NCBI GenBank assembly: GCA_036339875.1 | Contig: JAYZAC010000188.1 | Location: forward strand, 1 to 30,488 | Direction: 5' to 3' | DNA length: 30,488 nt | DNA from: a bacterium | GTDB lineage: Bacteria; Muiribacteriota; UBA6191 | Part shown: in pieces, positions 8,232 through 17,962 of the stretch | Layout: every line of letters starts with the position of its first letter | Position numbering within the stretch: the first letter of the stretch is position 1 | The notes under the pieces: model-generated | Told to the model about the DNA's origin: nothing | Database searches by the model: none | Seen by the model: the letters and a program-made list of their open reading frames with translations, nothing else | Made by a program: the position numbers and the translations under genes

Positions 8232-10477
8232 GGCGCCCAATATCACATGAAATTTTGATTAGTCTCTCGATACTTTTTGGGCTTAGCACCTTGCTTCTAG
8301 CTTGGCTATCTAATAACTACAGAAATAGTAAACTAGATATAGAAATCGATAATTTTTTTGTCTCTACTTCAATAGACTATAACGAAAATGAAGCCAAATT
8401 TACGGAGCGCTTGAAACAAATTAAAAAATATATTTCTAGAAGAATAATCAAACAAAAACCTAGACTTACTAAAAAGATAAACAAAGCTATTATTGATAAA
8501 GGACAAGTATCAAAAAAAATAGATAGAATCGCGAAGCTTTATCTACACAAAAGACTCTTAGAGTCTCGTAAAAAATTTCCCTATCTTAACAACGAAAAAT
8601 TACTTACATTCGAATACACTGATCTGCATAAGTTTTGGATAAATTATCGAGGTGGCTATTTAAAACAACCTGAAATAGACAAAAGGATTCACGCGGTAAG
8701 TAGTAGTCCACACAAAGCAAAGTATTCACTGGCAAATATTTTAACTAGCATTTACACGAAACGTGTAATGGGAAATAAGAATGTAGAGTATTTTTACGAC
8801 TCAATTAAGTCAATGCACGGGATTCAATTTGATCCTTCGAAAGCAGAATTTCAAGCAATTGAAATACTCGGTGCGAGTCGCGAATTTCTATTTTTAGGTC
8901 TTGAGTTAAACGATTCAATTCAGCAAAAATTAATTACTCATAAACAGATTCTCTCCACGAGTAAAGAGAAACTTTACATTGGATTTGTTGCATGTAAATT
9001 AAGTCTTATGGAGGTGTATAAAAAACTACCCAATGTATACCAAGATCTACAATCTCCACTAAAGAAATTTAATAAATTTGTAATTCTCAATGCCTCAAAT
9101 CAGTCTGTAGGTGAGCCTGTAAAATTAAGTGCTTTGAATGATCTACTTAAGTCATCACAAGGCTCACTACGATTACGGGCCTACGATTTTAAAGATCGTC
9201 CGTTTTACATTAATGTAATAAAAGAGACTAGATACAATAAATTCTTTCACATATTTGTATACGAAGCTCATGCTCGTTATGCACTATATAAAGAAGAACT
9301 GAAACATTACTTAAATTTTTATCTACTCATTGTAATTTCTATTTTTGTAATTGCTATTGGTATTGTTAGAGGCCTTACTAGTCCATTAATAGAGCTTAAT
9401 AAATTAGTTCAAAAAGCTTCAGACGACCTACAAACAACTTCGTTATCGAAAATGAATCCCAAATTCATGGAGATCTTTGTTTTAAAACAAGTCTTTATAA
9501 GTCAAATTGACAAATTACGAGATGAATTTACGATGTCATCAAAATTGGTAGACTTTCAAGAATTTCTACTAAAAAGGCCCGCAACTAAGGATGCCAAAGT
9601 CCGATTAGAAAATCTACTCAAAGAATACTGTGCAGAGGATTGTGAAATATCAGACATTTTAGAAAGTAAATCTTCAAAAGATATTAATTTTGATAATGAT
9701 TTTTATTTAGAATGGTGTCGCTATAATGACAGTCTTATTCTTGAAAAAGACTACCGAAATGCAACGCAACAAAAAAAAGAGTTTCAACTTGCTCAGGATA
9801 TTCAACATCAGTTACTTCCTAGCAATGATTTTTTAAATGAGAATGTTCATTGCTTTTATTTAGCAGCTAGATATCTCGGTGGCGACTTCTACGATCTACT
9901 AGAAGTCGATTCGGATTCTTATTTTTTGATTGCTGATGTTTCTGGGAAAGGTCTACCTTCAGCACTTTTTGGAGCCGCGGCAAAGTTTTTCCTAAATGTC
10001 CAATTAAAAGCTAATCAGAGTCTAGAATATACTATGAAAATTACCAACTATTATCTTTGTGGACTTCAACAGCAAGGCTTCTTTTGCACACTATTTTTAG
10101 CATCTTGGAATTCGAATTCAAGAACATTAAATTATTGCTCAGCAGGCCATAATAAAATGTATCTTCTAACACCTAAAATTCATGAATTGAATGCAAGTGG
10201 ACTTCCACTAGGTTTTATAGATATGGCAAACTACAAGATGGGGCAATTCAAAAATGTGCCAAAGGATTCCTTATTAGTACTTTATACAGATGGCGTAACG
10301 GAAGCTGAAAATCAAAACCAAGAATTGTTCGATAATTTAAGACTAGAGAAATTGTTAGAAGAAAATTCAACAAAAACACCATCTAAACTTTCAGATGTAA
10401 TCATTAAATCGCTAACCGATTTTACTGAGGATGCGGAGCAAAGTGACGATATCACTTATGTACTAGCTCGACTTTGA
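8228..10477 (+). CDS. Membrane-bound SpoIIE/RsbU-like PP2C phosphatase
   Basis: AQDIQ..LLP, GGDFYD, IADVSGKG, SAGH, GLPLG, LYTDG.TEA, DDIT all intact; two TM segments and a HAMP-like linker. Start moved to ATG 8228, which overlaps the upstream stop (ATGA). Confidence 0.9.
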   Translation: MRRPISHEILISLSILFGLSTLLLAWLSNNYRNSKLDIEIDNFFVSTSIDYNENEAKFTERLKQIKKYISRRIIKQKPRLTKKINKAIIDKGQVSKKIDRIAKLYLHKRLLESRKKFPYLNNEKLLTFEYTDLHKFWINYRGGYLKQPEIDKRIHAVSSSPHKAKYSLANILTSIYTKRVMGNKNVEYFYDSIKSMHGIQFDPSKAEFQAIEILGASREFLFLGLELNDSIQQKLITHKQILSTSKEKLYIGFVACKLSLMEVYKKLPNVYQDLQSPLKKFNKFVILNASNQSVGEPVKLSALNDLLKSSQGSLRLRAYDFKDRPFYINVIKETRYNKFFHIFVYEAHARYALYKEELKHYLNFYLLIVISIFVIAIGIVRGLTSPLIELNKLVQKASDDLQTTSLSKMNPKFMEIFVLKQVFISQIDKLRDEFTMSSKLVDFQEFLLKRPATKDAKVRLENLLKEYCAEDCEISDILESKSSKDINFDNDFYLEWCRYNDSLILEKDYRNATQQKKEFQLAQDIQHQLLPSNDFLNENVHCFYLAARYLGGDFYDLLEVDSDSYFLIADVSGKGLPSALFGAAAKFFLNVQLKANQSLEYTMKITNYYLCGLQQQGFFCTLFLASWNSNSRTLNYCSAGHNKMYLLTPKIHELNASGLPLGFIDMANYKMGQFKNVPKDSLLVLYTDGVTEAENQNQELFDNLRLEKLLEENSTKTPSKLSDVIIKSLTDFTEDAEQSDDITYVLARL

Positions 10478-11781
10478 TATTAACAGTTTTAAAGAGAAAG
10501 AAGCGTATGATGCAAAAACTACTAGAATCACAACAAGATAGCATTCCGGGTATTCATTTTTTGGCAGAAAATTTCTCTAAACTAAAGAATTATCCTTTTT
10601 TGCAAGAGTTAGTTTCTATGCTATTAGTTCTATTTTTGGGATGGATATCCTATTACTTATTCAAGCATTATATTGTTCGATTTTTAAATCATCTTTTAAG
10701 TCGTTTTGAGCATCCCTGGTTAGCCGCTTTGATAGATAATCACCCTGTCTCACATATTGCCAAACTAGCTCCTCTTGTCATTTTCTATTATTACACTGGA
10801 CTGATTGACCACGGGCTCGCTGATATATTTAGAAACTTTTGTCTTGTTGGAATGCTATGGGTGGCAATGATTATCTTAGATGATCTTCTAGATACCGCCG
10901 AGAGCATTTATGATAAATATCCAATTAGTCGCTCAAAGCCTATTAAAGGATACATTCAAGTCGCTAAAATCATTCTTTATTCACTTCTTATAATTTCATC
11001 CGCGGCAGTAATTATCGGAAAGTCACCTCTGTATTTCTTGAGTGGTTTGGGGGCCATAACCGCTATCCTACTATTGGTATTCAAAGACACTATTCTGAGC
11101 CTCGTAGCCTCAATTCAAATTGCCACCAATGGCATGATAAGAATGGGAGATTGGATTAGCATGCCTAGTTTTCAAGCTGATGGCGATATTGTTGATATCG
11201 CATTGCATCATGTAACTATACAAAATTGGGATAAAACCTTAACTACAATACCCACGCACAAGTTTCTCGATACTCCTTTCAAAAACTGGAAAGGAATGTC
11301 TGAATCTGGAGGGAGAAGAATCTGTCGCTCAATTTATATTGATCTCAATTCTGTTAAGTTAGTGGATAAACAATTAATCTCAAAACTTAGTAAAATAACG
11401 TTGATTCATGACTATATTAATCGTCGTCAATCAGAAATAGATAGCTACAATCAAGCGAATAACACTGATATGGCGTCTAAAGTCAATGGAAGAAATCAAA
11501 CGAATCTAGGAATTTTTAGGCAATACCTTCAAAACTATCTAGATGCACATCCAAATATTTCGAATGATATGACTAAACTAGTTCGTCAACAGGCCCCCAC
11601 AGAAAAAGGAGTACCAATACAACTTTACATTTTCACAAACACAACTGTTTGGGCTGATTATGAATCAATTCAATCTGATATCTTCGATCACATATTTGCA
11701 ACTATTCAGGAGTTTGAATTGAGATTGTTTCAAAATCCAACAGGCAATGATCTTAAAGAATTAAAAGATGTGAGTAATTAA
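10474..11781 (+). CDS. MscS-family mechanosensitive channel (YbdG/MscM-like)
   Basis: GLGA.TAILLLVFKDTIL, GDWI.MP...ADG, QNWDKT..TIPT, NWKGM.ESGGRRI.RS, YE.IQSDIFDH, FQNPTG. Start is either TTG 10474 or ATG 10507/10510. Confidence 0.92.
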   Translation: MILTVLKRKKRMMQKLLESQQDSIPGIHFLAENFSKLKNYPFLQELVSMLLVLFLGWISYYLFKHYIVRFLNHLLSRFEHPWLAALIDNHPVSHIAKLAPLVIFYYYTGLIDHGLADIFRNFCLVGMLWVAMIILDDLLDTAESIYDKYPISRSKPIKGYIQVAKIILYSLLIISSAAVIIGKSPLYFLSGLGAITAILLLVFKDTILSLVASIQIATNGMIRMGDWISMPSFQADGDIVDIALHHVTIQNWDKTLTTIPTHKFLDTPFKNWKGMSESGGRRICRSIYIDLNSVKLVDKQLISKLSKITLIHDYINRRQSEIDSYNQANNTDMASKVNGRNQTNLGIFRQYLQNYLDAHPNISNDMTKLVRQQAPTEKGVPIQLYIFTNTTVWADYESIQSDIFDHIFATIQEFELRLFQNPTGNDLKELKDVSN

Positions 11782-12467
11782 GCAAGATCTTCCGGACTGC
11801 AAAGCTCTCCATCGATTAAAATACTTCCCTCACAGTTTTCAAACTGAACTCCGCTTATATTGCTAGCCGAAAAATCGGTATGATTAAAATAAACCTCGCA
11901 AAAACTAACACGCTTTAAGTCGCAATCCAGGAATGTTGTATTGGAAAGGTCTGTATCCTTGAACTTAGCACCACTCAAATTAGAGCTATCAAAGCATGAT
12001 CCTGCTAAATCAACATCTACAAATTCACTGGAACTCAAATCAGCACCCATTAGTTTTGACGACTTCAAATTAGCGTTTTTAATAAGCAATCCCGATGCAG
12101 AAGTCTTACTGAAATTACAATGTTCAAGGTCCACGTCATCGAATTCACAACTTATAAGTTCAGCAGAGTCAAAATCGCAACCTCTCAAGTCAGCATCTTT
12201 AATTACGAAATCATTTAGAGAAGAATTCTTAAATTTAGCTTGTTGCATGACGAAATTATTACATCGAATTTCAACAATTATACAATCACTAAAATCTAAT
12301 TCTTGCTGACTCAATCGTAATTCAAAGTCATCTTGCATTAAACCATTTTGATTCGATGTATTTGAAATCTCCTTCTTTGAAATAATAGCCTCGTCTCGAC
12401 CACTTCTATCTCGCCAATTACTTCCCCCACGACGCGCACGTCCCTTGCCAAATCCACCGCTTGTCAT
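11778..12467 (-). CDS. Pentapeptide repeat protein with Arg/Gly-rich N-terminus
   Basis: Continuous A(D/N)Lxx-type repeats (ADLRG CDFDS AELIS ... ADLSS SEFVD); GGAGG RBS upstream. Confidence 0.85.
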   Translation of the reverse strand: MTSGGFGKGRARRGGSNWRDRSGRDEAIISKKEISNTSNQNGLMQDDFELRLSQQELDFSDCIIVEIRCNNFVMQQAKFKNSSLNDFVIKDADLRGCDFDSAELISCEFDDVDLEHCNFSKTSASGLLIKNANLKSSKLMGADLSSSEFVDVDLAGSCFDSSNLSGAKFKDTDLSNTTFLDCDLKRVSFCEVYFNHTDFSASNISGVQFENCEGSILIDGELCSPEDLA

Positions 12468-12543
12468 AGTTAACCTCCTACTCCTTTATATTTTATGCCG
12501 AAGGAACGTTCCATGCTAGACTTATGTACGTTAAACTGTACCT

Positions 12544-13491
12544 ATGTCCCAAAAACTAAATCTGGAAGAAATTAATTTTAATTCCAATAGAACATTAAAA
12601 TACCGAAGCTACAATTGTCCCACCCCTGAGCAACTTGAACCATGGTGGCTACGAATTCGGGTTGTCAAAAAAAATGCAGGTTTCAAGCTCATTGGCCAAC
12701 AACAAATGCTTAATAATTTGTTAATGGGACTCATCACCGGCGGTCATGTCCTACTGGAAGGTCCTTGTGGTGTTGGTAAAACAACCGCCATTAAGACCAT
12801 CTGTGAGCTTATAGAATGTAAATTAGCGATGGTTCACAAATGTCACGATTTTATTGGCGCCAATTTAGTTGTAATCAACGAATTGGACAAAGCTGATATC
12901 TCTTTTAGAAAAACTCTATTAAATGCGATGCAAGAGAAAGAGGTTGTAATTGGAAACGATCACTTTTACCTCGATCTACCATTTGTTGTTTTTTGTACCA
13001 TAAATCCTGGAGAATCGGGAAAGCTACCATTACTTAAAGCAGAGCTTGATCGATTCATGCTACATCATCGCGTTGTTCACCCATCTTACTCAGAAGAATT
13101 GGAAATTCTGTCAAACGAGTTATCACAAAAAGAAACATTTCACAAATCTGCAAATAATATTCTCAATGCAAAGGATCTATTGGAAATCCAAAGACTGGTA
13201 CTCAATTTACAATTTGATAATTTTCTAATGGAACGAATGGCAGAAACTATTACATGGGTGCGCAAGCAGCAGCAGAATAAAAATTGGTCTGGGTTTTCTA
13301 CTAGGACTACTATCAACTGGGCTCATGCCGCCTGCGCAAATGCATTTTTAGAAGAAAGGTCTAAAGTTGAACTCACTGATTTGACTAATGTCATGCAAGC
13401 AGTTTTTGGTCATTTACTACCAAACGAGTATCAGTCTAATAATGACGTAATTCAATATATTGCTTCAATGCAAGAGATACTCTGCTCATGA
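12544..13491 (+). CDS. Divergent MoxR-family AAA+ protein
   Basis: GHVLLEGPCGVGKT (Walker A), LLNAMQEKEV, TINP, AELDRF; Walker B region reads VVINE. Confidence 0.8.
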   Translation: MSQKLNLEEINFNSNRTLKYRSYNCPTPEQLEPWWLRIRVVKKNAGFKLIGQQQMLNNLLMGLITGGHVLLEGPCGVGKTTAIKTICELIECKLAMVHKCHDFIGANLVVINELDKADISFRKTLLNAMQEKEVVIGNDHFYLDLPFVVFCTINPGESGKLPLLKAELDRFMLHHRVVHPSYSEELEILSNELSQKETFHKSANNILNAKDLLEIQRLVLNLQFDNFLMERMAETITWVRKQQQNKNWSGFSTRTTINWAHAACANAFLEERSKVELTDLTNVMQAVFGHLLPNEYQSNNDVIQYIASMQEILCS

Positions 13492-16034
13492 AACTACGCT
13501 ATCTAACAAGATCAGTTTTGTATGGTGCTTTTTTAATTTTTGCAGCACTTATGACACTCCTGTATTGGTTTAATTCAAATCATTTAATAATCGAGTCTTT
13601 CAAATTTGGACCTGTGCAAATTAAATCTTTAGATTTGAAATTATCCAAAGGATTTCAATCCGAAAAACTTTTGGTAAAGCTTGGAGATTTAGATATCTCA
13701 TTATCAGACGTGTCTGTCAATTGGAGTAAATGGCGATTTCTGTTAGGCAATTTCGATTCTGTTGTTTGTAGAGAGGTAAAATTCAAACTGCCTGAATTTG
13801 ATCAAAATAAGAAACCAGTTGGAACAGATTCAAGATCTCTAATTAACCATTTATTAACGAGAAGACTCAATGTTAATCTCATAAGACTAGATAGCATAAA
13901 GAGCATTAATTCAGAATTAGAGGCCTCCTCAATAACTGCTAATCTCAGTGGGTCTCAATTAAATATTCAAGGCTCTAACTTTAACATGCGATTCAATGAT
14001 AAAGAATCTATAAACGCACCTATATTTAGAGGAAAGTTTCATTTTCCAACTAATCGATTAGTTTTAGAAAAATCTCACTTAAATATCAATAAATTAGGTA
14101 ATCTTGAAATTATAGATTTAGACTTACCAATTAATTTAAAGCCCGGTGCTTCAATTGCTTGTAGAGAAATATATCTAGGCAAGCTTGATCAAATTCTTCG
14201 AAACTTTAGGTTAAAATGGAGAAATGATAATACTTACCAGTCTAGTTTTGAGCTAGATAAAGCTGGAAAACTCATAATTTCTAGACTTTTATTAGATCAA
14301 AGTCTAAATCTTAATGAATTAAAACTTGATGCGACAAATTTTGAATTAAATTTAGAGCTTTTATGGCTCGATAATTTGTTAAAAGGTCTAATTTCTGAGC
14401 TGGCTTCAAAAATCCCAAATCCATTAGTAAATGGTGATATTTCCCCCAAATTGAATACTGGTGAAACCTTGAGGATAAAGCTAGATGGTAATTTGCACCT
14501 TAGCAAGCAAAATCATCTTAAAAATAAAGTAAATCTTAATGCTTCTTTGCAATGGACAAGCTCTGACTCTAAAAACGTTTTAATCCAAACTCATATTAAA
14601 CATAACAAAGAAAAATTAGGTTATGAAATCATGCCTTTACAAGTTCTTATAACTGAGAACAATTCAAATATTTGGCAAACTATTTTATCTACTAAAATCG
14701 CGTATTCTGATAAAAAATTAAACCTAAATCAGTTAAATATTAATAAAATTGAATGGAAAGACAAACTTACGGCAATAGGAATAAAATCAAATGAATTTAG
14801 TATTGATAGTAAATCAAAGATTATTGGTTCAATTAGCTGTAAATCAATTAATTTCCATAAGGTTCTCACTAGCGGAGTTACCAATATTAAATTAAGTGGA
14901 AAACCAAATAGTCTTGAAGCACAAATAACTCTACAAAATTTAAGCGTACTGGATTTTGGTACCGCGAAAAATACTCAAGCCCATGCTAAGCTTAATGAAG
15001 ATCAGTTACAGCTCAAATTTGATATCAAAAATTATTCAAAAATGAATTCTTTTTCTCGTAAGGCTAGCGGTTCAATGACATGGAGCCCAGCTTTTTCAGA
15101 GGGCTTGATACAAATAAGTACAGGTTCCATTAGTCTTGGCGACTATCTTAATTTTGATTCGTCTGATAAATCGATTGAAGACACATCTTCCGCTGCCTAT
15201 CGCTGGACTATTCAGGGACAAACCATTCTTAATGATGAACAACTCAAGGGTAATACTAGTTTCAAACTAGTTTTTGATCATCGTTTCGAAGGACCTAGCG
15301 GTTCTGCAGAACTAAGATCTGGTGTTCTCAAATTAGCAGGTAACAAATTTACTCTAATTGAACCCGCTCGTTTGAAATTATTTCCTAAACCAAAGGCGAA
15401 ATATCAGGATGAATTACTAGTTACGTTACAGAGTCATAATCATAGTCAAACTTTGACAGAACAGCTTCAAGCTATGTGGAACGCTTCAAATCCAAATGAT
15501 GAAAAGTATTTTGAACATGGCATTTGGATCCACTTAATTGCAGGCGTAAAGTTCAGAGGCGAAGATGTTGAAATTAAAATATCTGGTAAATATCCCCAAT
15601 TACGTTTCCGTTTGAATAGTTTAAGTGGAAAGTCGGATAAAGAGCTTTTAAACTCTTTTCTGGGAAGCCTACAGAATCAATTGAGCAGTGACTCTACCGA
15701 TAATGCGGGTGTAGCCGATCAATATAAACAGGGAGCTAACCTTTTGGTAAATACTATGATTGATAGCTTTTTTGGAAGCGTATTCAATAATCTTGGAACT
15801 CAATTTCACACTCAGATTGGTAGCTCTGAACAATCTTCTGTTGGAATTCAACAACCCCTCGGAGATAACTTAAGCGTCGGACTCACTCAAAGTAAAGAAG
15901 GTAATATTGAGACAAAATCTAAGAACTTCGAACTGCAATTTAAGCCGGGCTCTAGTATTAGAATCGAAAATATCGAAAAAGATGGATATCAGAATGAAAC
16001 CCAAGTAGAAATCCAGAAACGTTTTAGATTTTAA
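13488..16034 (+). CDS. TamB/AsmA-like envelope protein
   Basis: N-terminal TM anchor, long beta-strand-like alternating pattern, TamB-like C-terminus (IKISG..P.L...LNS....DKELL; ends QKRFRF). Confidence 0.6.
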   Translation: MKLRYLTRSVLYGAFLIFAALMTLLYWFNSNHLIIESFKFGPVQIKSLDLKLSKGFQSEKLLVKLGDLDISLSDVSVNWSKWRFLLGNFDSVVCREVKFKLPEFDQNKKPVGTDSRSLINHLLTRRLNVNLIRLDSIKSINSELEASSITANLSGSQLNIQGSNFNMRFNDKESINAPIFRGKFHFPTNRLVLEKSHLNINKLGNLEIIDLDLPINLKPGASIACREIYLGKLDQILRNFRLKWRNDNTYQSSFELDKAGKLIISRLLLDQSLNLNELKLDATNFELNLELLWLDNLLKGLISELASKIPNPLVNGDISPKLNTGETLRIKLDGNLHLSKQNHLKNKVNLNASLQWTSSDSKNVLIQTHIKHNKEKLGYEIMPLQVLITENNSNIWQTILSTKIAYSDKKLNLNQLNINKIEWKDKLTAIGIKSNEFSIDSKSKIIGSISCKSINFHKVLTSGVTNIKLSGKPNSLEAQITLQNLSVLDFGTAKNTQAHAKLNEDQLQLKFDIKNYSKMNSFSRKASGSMTWSPAFSEGLIQISTGSISLGDYLNFDSSDKSIEDTSSAAYRWTIQGQTILNDEQLKGNTSFKLVFDHRFEGPSGSAELRSGVLKLAGNKFTLIEPARLKLFPKPKAKYQDELLVTLQSHNHSQTLTEQLQAMWNASNPNDEKYFEHGIWIHLIAGVKFRGEDVEIKISGKYPQLRFRLNSLSGKSDKELLNSFLGSLQNQLSSDSTDNAGVADQYKQGANLLVNTMIDSFFGSVFNNLGTQFHTQIGSSEQSSVGIQQPLGDNLSVGLTQSKEGNIETKSKNFELQFKPGSSIRIENIEKDGYQNETQVEIQKRFRF

Positions 16035-17962
16035 GCCGCCTTCTCTTTATCATCAAATGGACGATAGTTATCTTTATTATCAACATCATCCAATTCACGA
16101 CCATACTTCTGATACATTTCCCAGTACCATTTTGACATTCTATTAATCTTTTCATCTTTAGGCATATGAATTGATCCCTCTTTAATAGTGAAGCTTTCAA
16201 GAAAGGGAGTAGGGTCAACTTTTGGTAGGTAATAATTCAAAACTAAATCTTTATATATCTTGAAATACCATTGTTTCAATTTTTCATAATATTCATCATC
16301 GATTCTTATCAATAATTTTTGTGCTTTATAATCAAAATCCAAAATACCGGTATCGAATAAACCCTGTAAATGAATTAAAGCTTCCATGTAGTAAGGCAAT
16401 ACTTCGCTTGTTTCTCTCCAAGCAATTAATCCTATCGATCTTTTTATGACATCTCTTATTACTTTAAGACGAAGCTTGGGGTCAAGAGCCTCATCCTTGT
16501 CATCCATAAAAAAAGCCATTAGCCCACCCGTCGTTGCTTTCCACTCTTCAACATTTTTATAATTACCTGATTTATTCATAATTGCTTCGGTATCATCGGC
16601 AACCCACAGTATGTGCCCATACTCATGCCCGATTGTGGAGATATCATAGAGTTTGAACCACAAAAAACGATCCTTAAAGACCACTTCCCTTTCTTGTTTC
16701 ATAAATTCCTGACCAAAAATCTCTCTAGAAAGTCGAAGAAAGGGTCTCGATCGTAAAATTTGCAGAATATTGTCGGGAAAAGCAAAAATTTTCTTTCCAT
16801 GAACTTTGGATACAACTTCATCATTAGGTACAACTTGAGCAGAAGGTAGACCACAAAAATCAGCTCCATAAAATAATCCAACTCGTCCGATGTGAAGTTG
16901 TACAGAGTTCAATTTCTTAACTGCAAAGTCAACCGTTTCCTTGAAGCTTTCATTATAATTTTCAAAGCTTTCAAAAAACTTTAATGACATTTGTTCAACT
17001 TTACGTTTACGCAGACCTTTCGTGCTGTGCTCTGGGTTCGCCATTCGAACATCCCATTCCAATGCAACCGCTTGTCGAAAATGATCTTCATAGTATTCAA
17101 GTGGATGACCTGGTTGAATGGGACCTCGAATTTGCATCCAAAGTATATCTACATTGGCCCACCTATCGATAAGACGATGAACGTTGGTTTCCTTGAATGC
17201 CTCAATAAGGGCAAGCAAATAATCTTGCCAAGCTTGCTTTTCATTAAATATTGGGTCTTCAAGATCTTCTAAGGAAGAATGGAACTCGGTCAGTGCTTTG
17301 ATAACCGCGTCTACCTCATCAGGAAACGCCTCATAATATGCTTTTGAAATCCAATTATCACCTTCCCTAACAAGCATTGAATAGCAACGATCTCCGGGTT
17401 TACCACCGTGACCATTATCAATTAATCCTTGCCTATTCAAAAATTCACTAACAGACTTTAAATCACCATCAAATTCATCACTCAAAGTCTTATTTACAGT
17501 ATTTAAAATTTGCTCAGTCCATACAGGTTGCCATTCTGTCATCGCTATACCAGTATTGTGAATGCCTTGTAAGACTGCTCTGTAAAATGGGCTTAGTAAA
17601 TCTAACTCTTCCAATTGTTTCAATAATTCAGATTGTCTTTTAACGTAAAATTCACTGACCCATTGGTACGCCTTATGCCGAGCTATTTCAATACTCTTCT
17701 GGTCTCTACCTGCCTTTTTTAAGACCTGTATCATTGATTCGTCCCGCATGGATACCAAACGAGTTATAAGAGCAAGTAAATTCTCTTTCGTGGTTTCTAA
17801 TTCTAAGTTAGTCAGAATCTTCTGAACATGCAACCACCTTGGGTCTATGTCATTAGTCGGTCCCTCCAAAAGTTCGTAATATGACTCGACTTTAGAATTA
17901 TGAGTCGATAATAAACTCTGAAATTCTTCTAAATCACTTAAAAAATCTACTGCAGTTTGCAT
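16031..17962 (-). CDS. ciaB: CiaB-family protein (Campylobacter invasion antigen B homologue), probable zinc metalloprotein
   Basis: GHPLEYYEDHFR.AVALEWD, SAQVVPNDE, GKKIFAF, ISTIGHEYGH, KNVEEWKAT. ATG 17962 follows GGAGGA, so it is preferred over TTG 17974. Confidence 0.85.
   Translation of the reverse strand: MQTAVDFLSDLEEFQSLLSTHNSKVESYYELLEGPTNDIDPRWLHVQKILTNLELETTKENLLALITRLVSMRDESMIQVLKKAGRDQKSIEIARHKAYQWVSEFYVKRQSELLKQLEELDLLSPFYRAVLQGIHNTGIAMTEWQPVWTEQILNTVNKTLSDEFDGDLKSVSEFLNRQGLIDNGHGGKPGDRCYSMLVREGDNWISKAYYEAFPDEVDAVIKALTEFHSSLEDLEDPIFNEKQAWQDYLLALIEAFKETNVHRLIDRWANVDILWMQIRGPIQPGHPLEYYEDHFRQAVALEWDVRMANPEHSTKGLRKRKVEQMSLKFFESFENYNESFKETVDFAVKKLNSVQLHIGRVGLFYGADFCGLPSAQVVPNDEVVSKVHGKKIFAFPDNILQILRSRPFLRLSREIFGQEFMKQEREVVFKDRFLWFKLYDISTIGHEYGHILWVADDTEAIMNKSGNYKNVEEWKATTGGLMAFFMDDKDEALDPKLRLKVIRDVIKRSIGLIAWRETSEVLPYYMEALIHLQGLFDTGILDFDYKAQKLLIRIDDEYYEKLKQWYFKIYKDLVLNYYLPKVDPTPFLESFTIKEGSIHMPKDEKINRMSKWYWEMYQKYGRELDDVDNKDNYRPFDDKEKAA

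Noticed and set aside
11941..12309. 122-aa plus-strand ORF
   Set aside because: Antisense shadow of the repetitive pentapeptide gene; no motif or RBS.
5550..16034. Genomic island suggested by the visibly more AT-rich SpoIIE and TamB-like genes
   Set aside because: No integrase, tRNA or flanking repeats, and genes are tightly coupled to neighbours; low-conservation Lys/Asn/Ile-rich proteins can explain the bias. GC was not computed.
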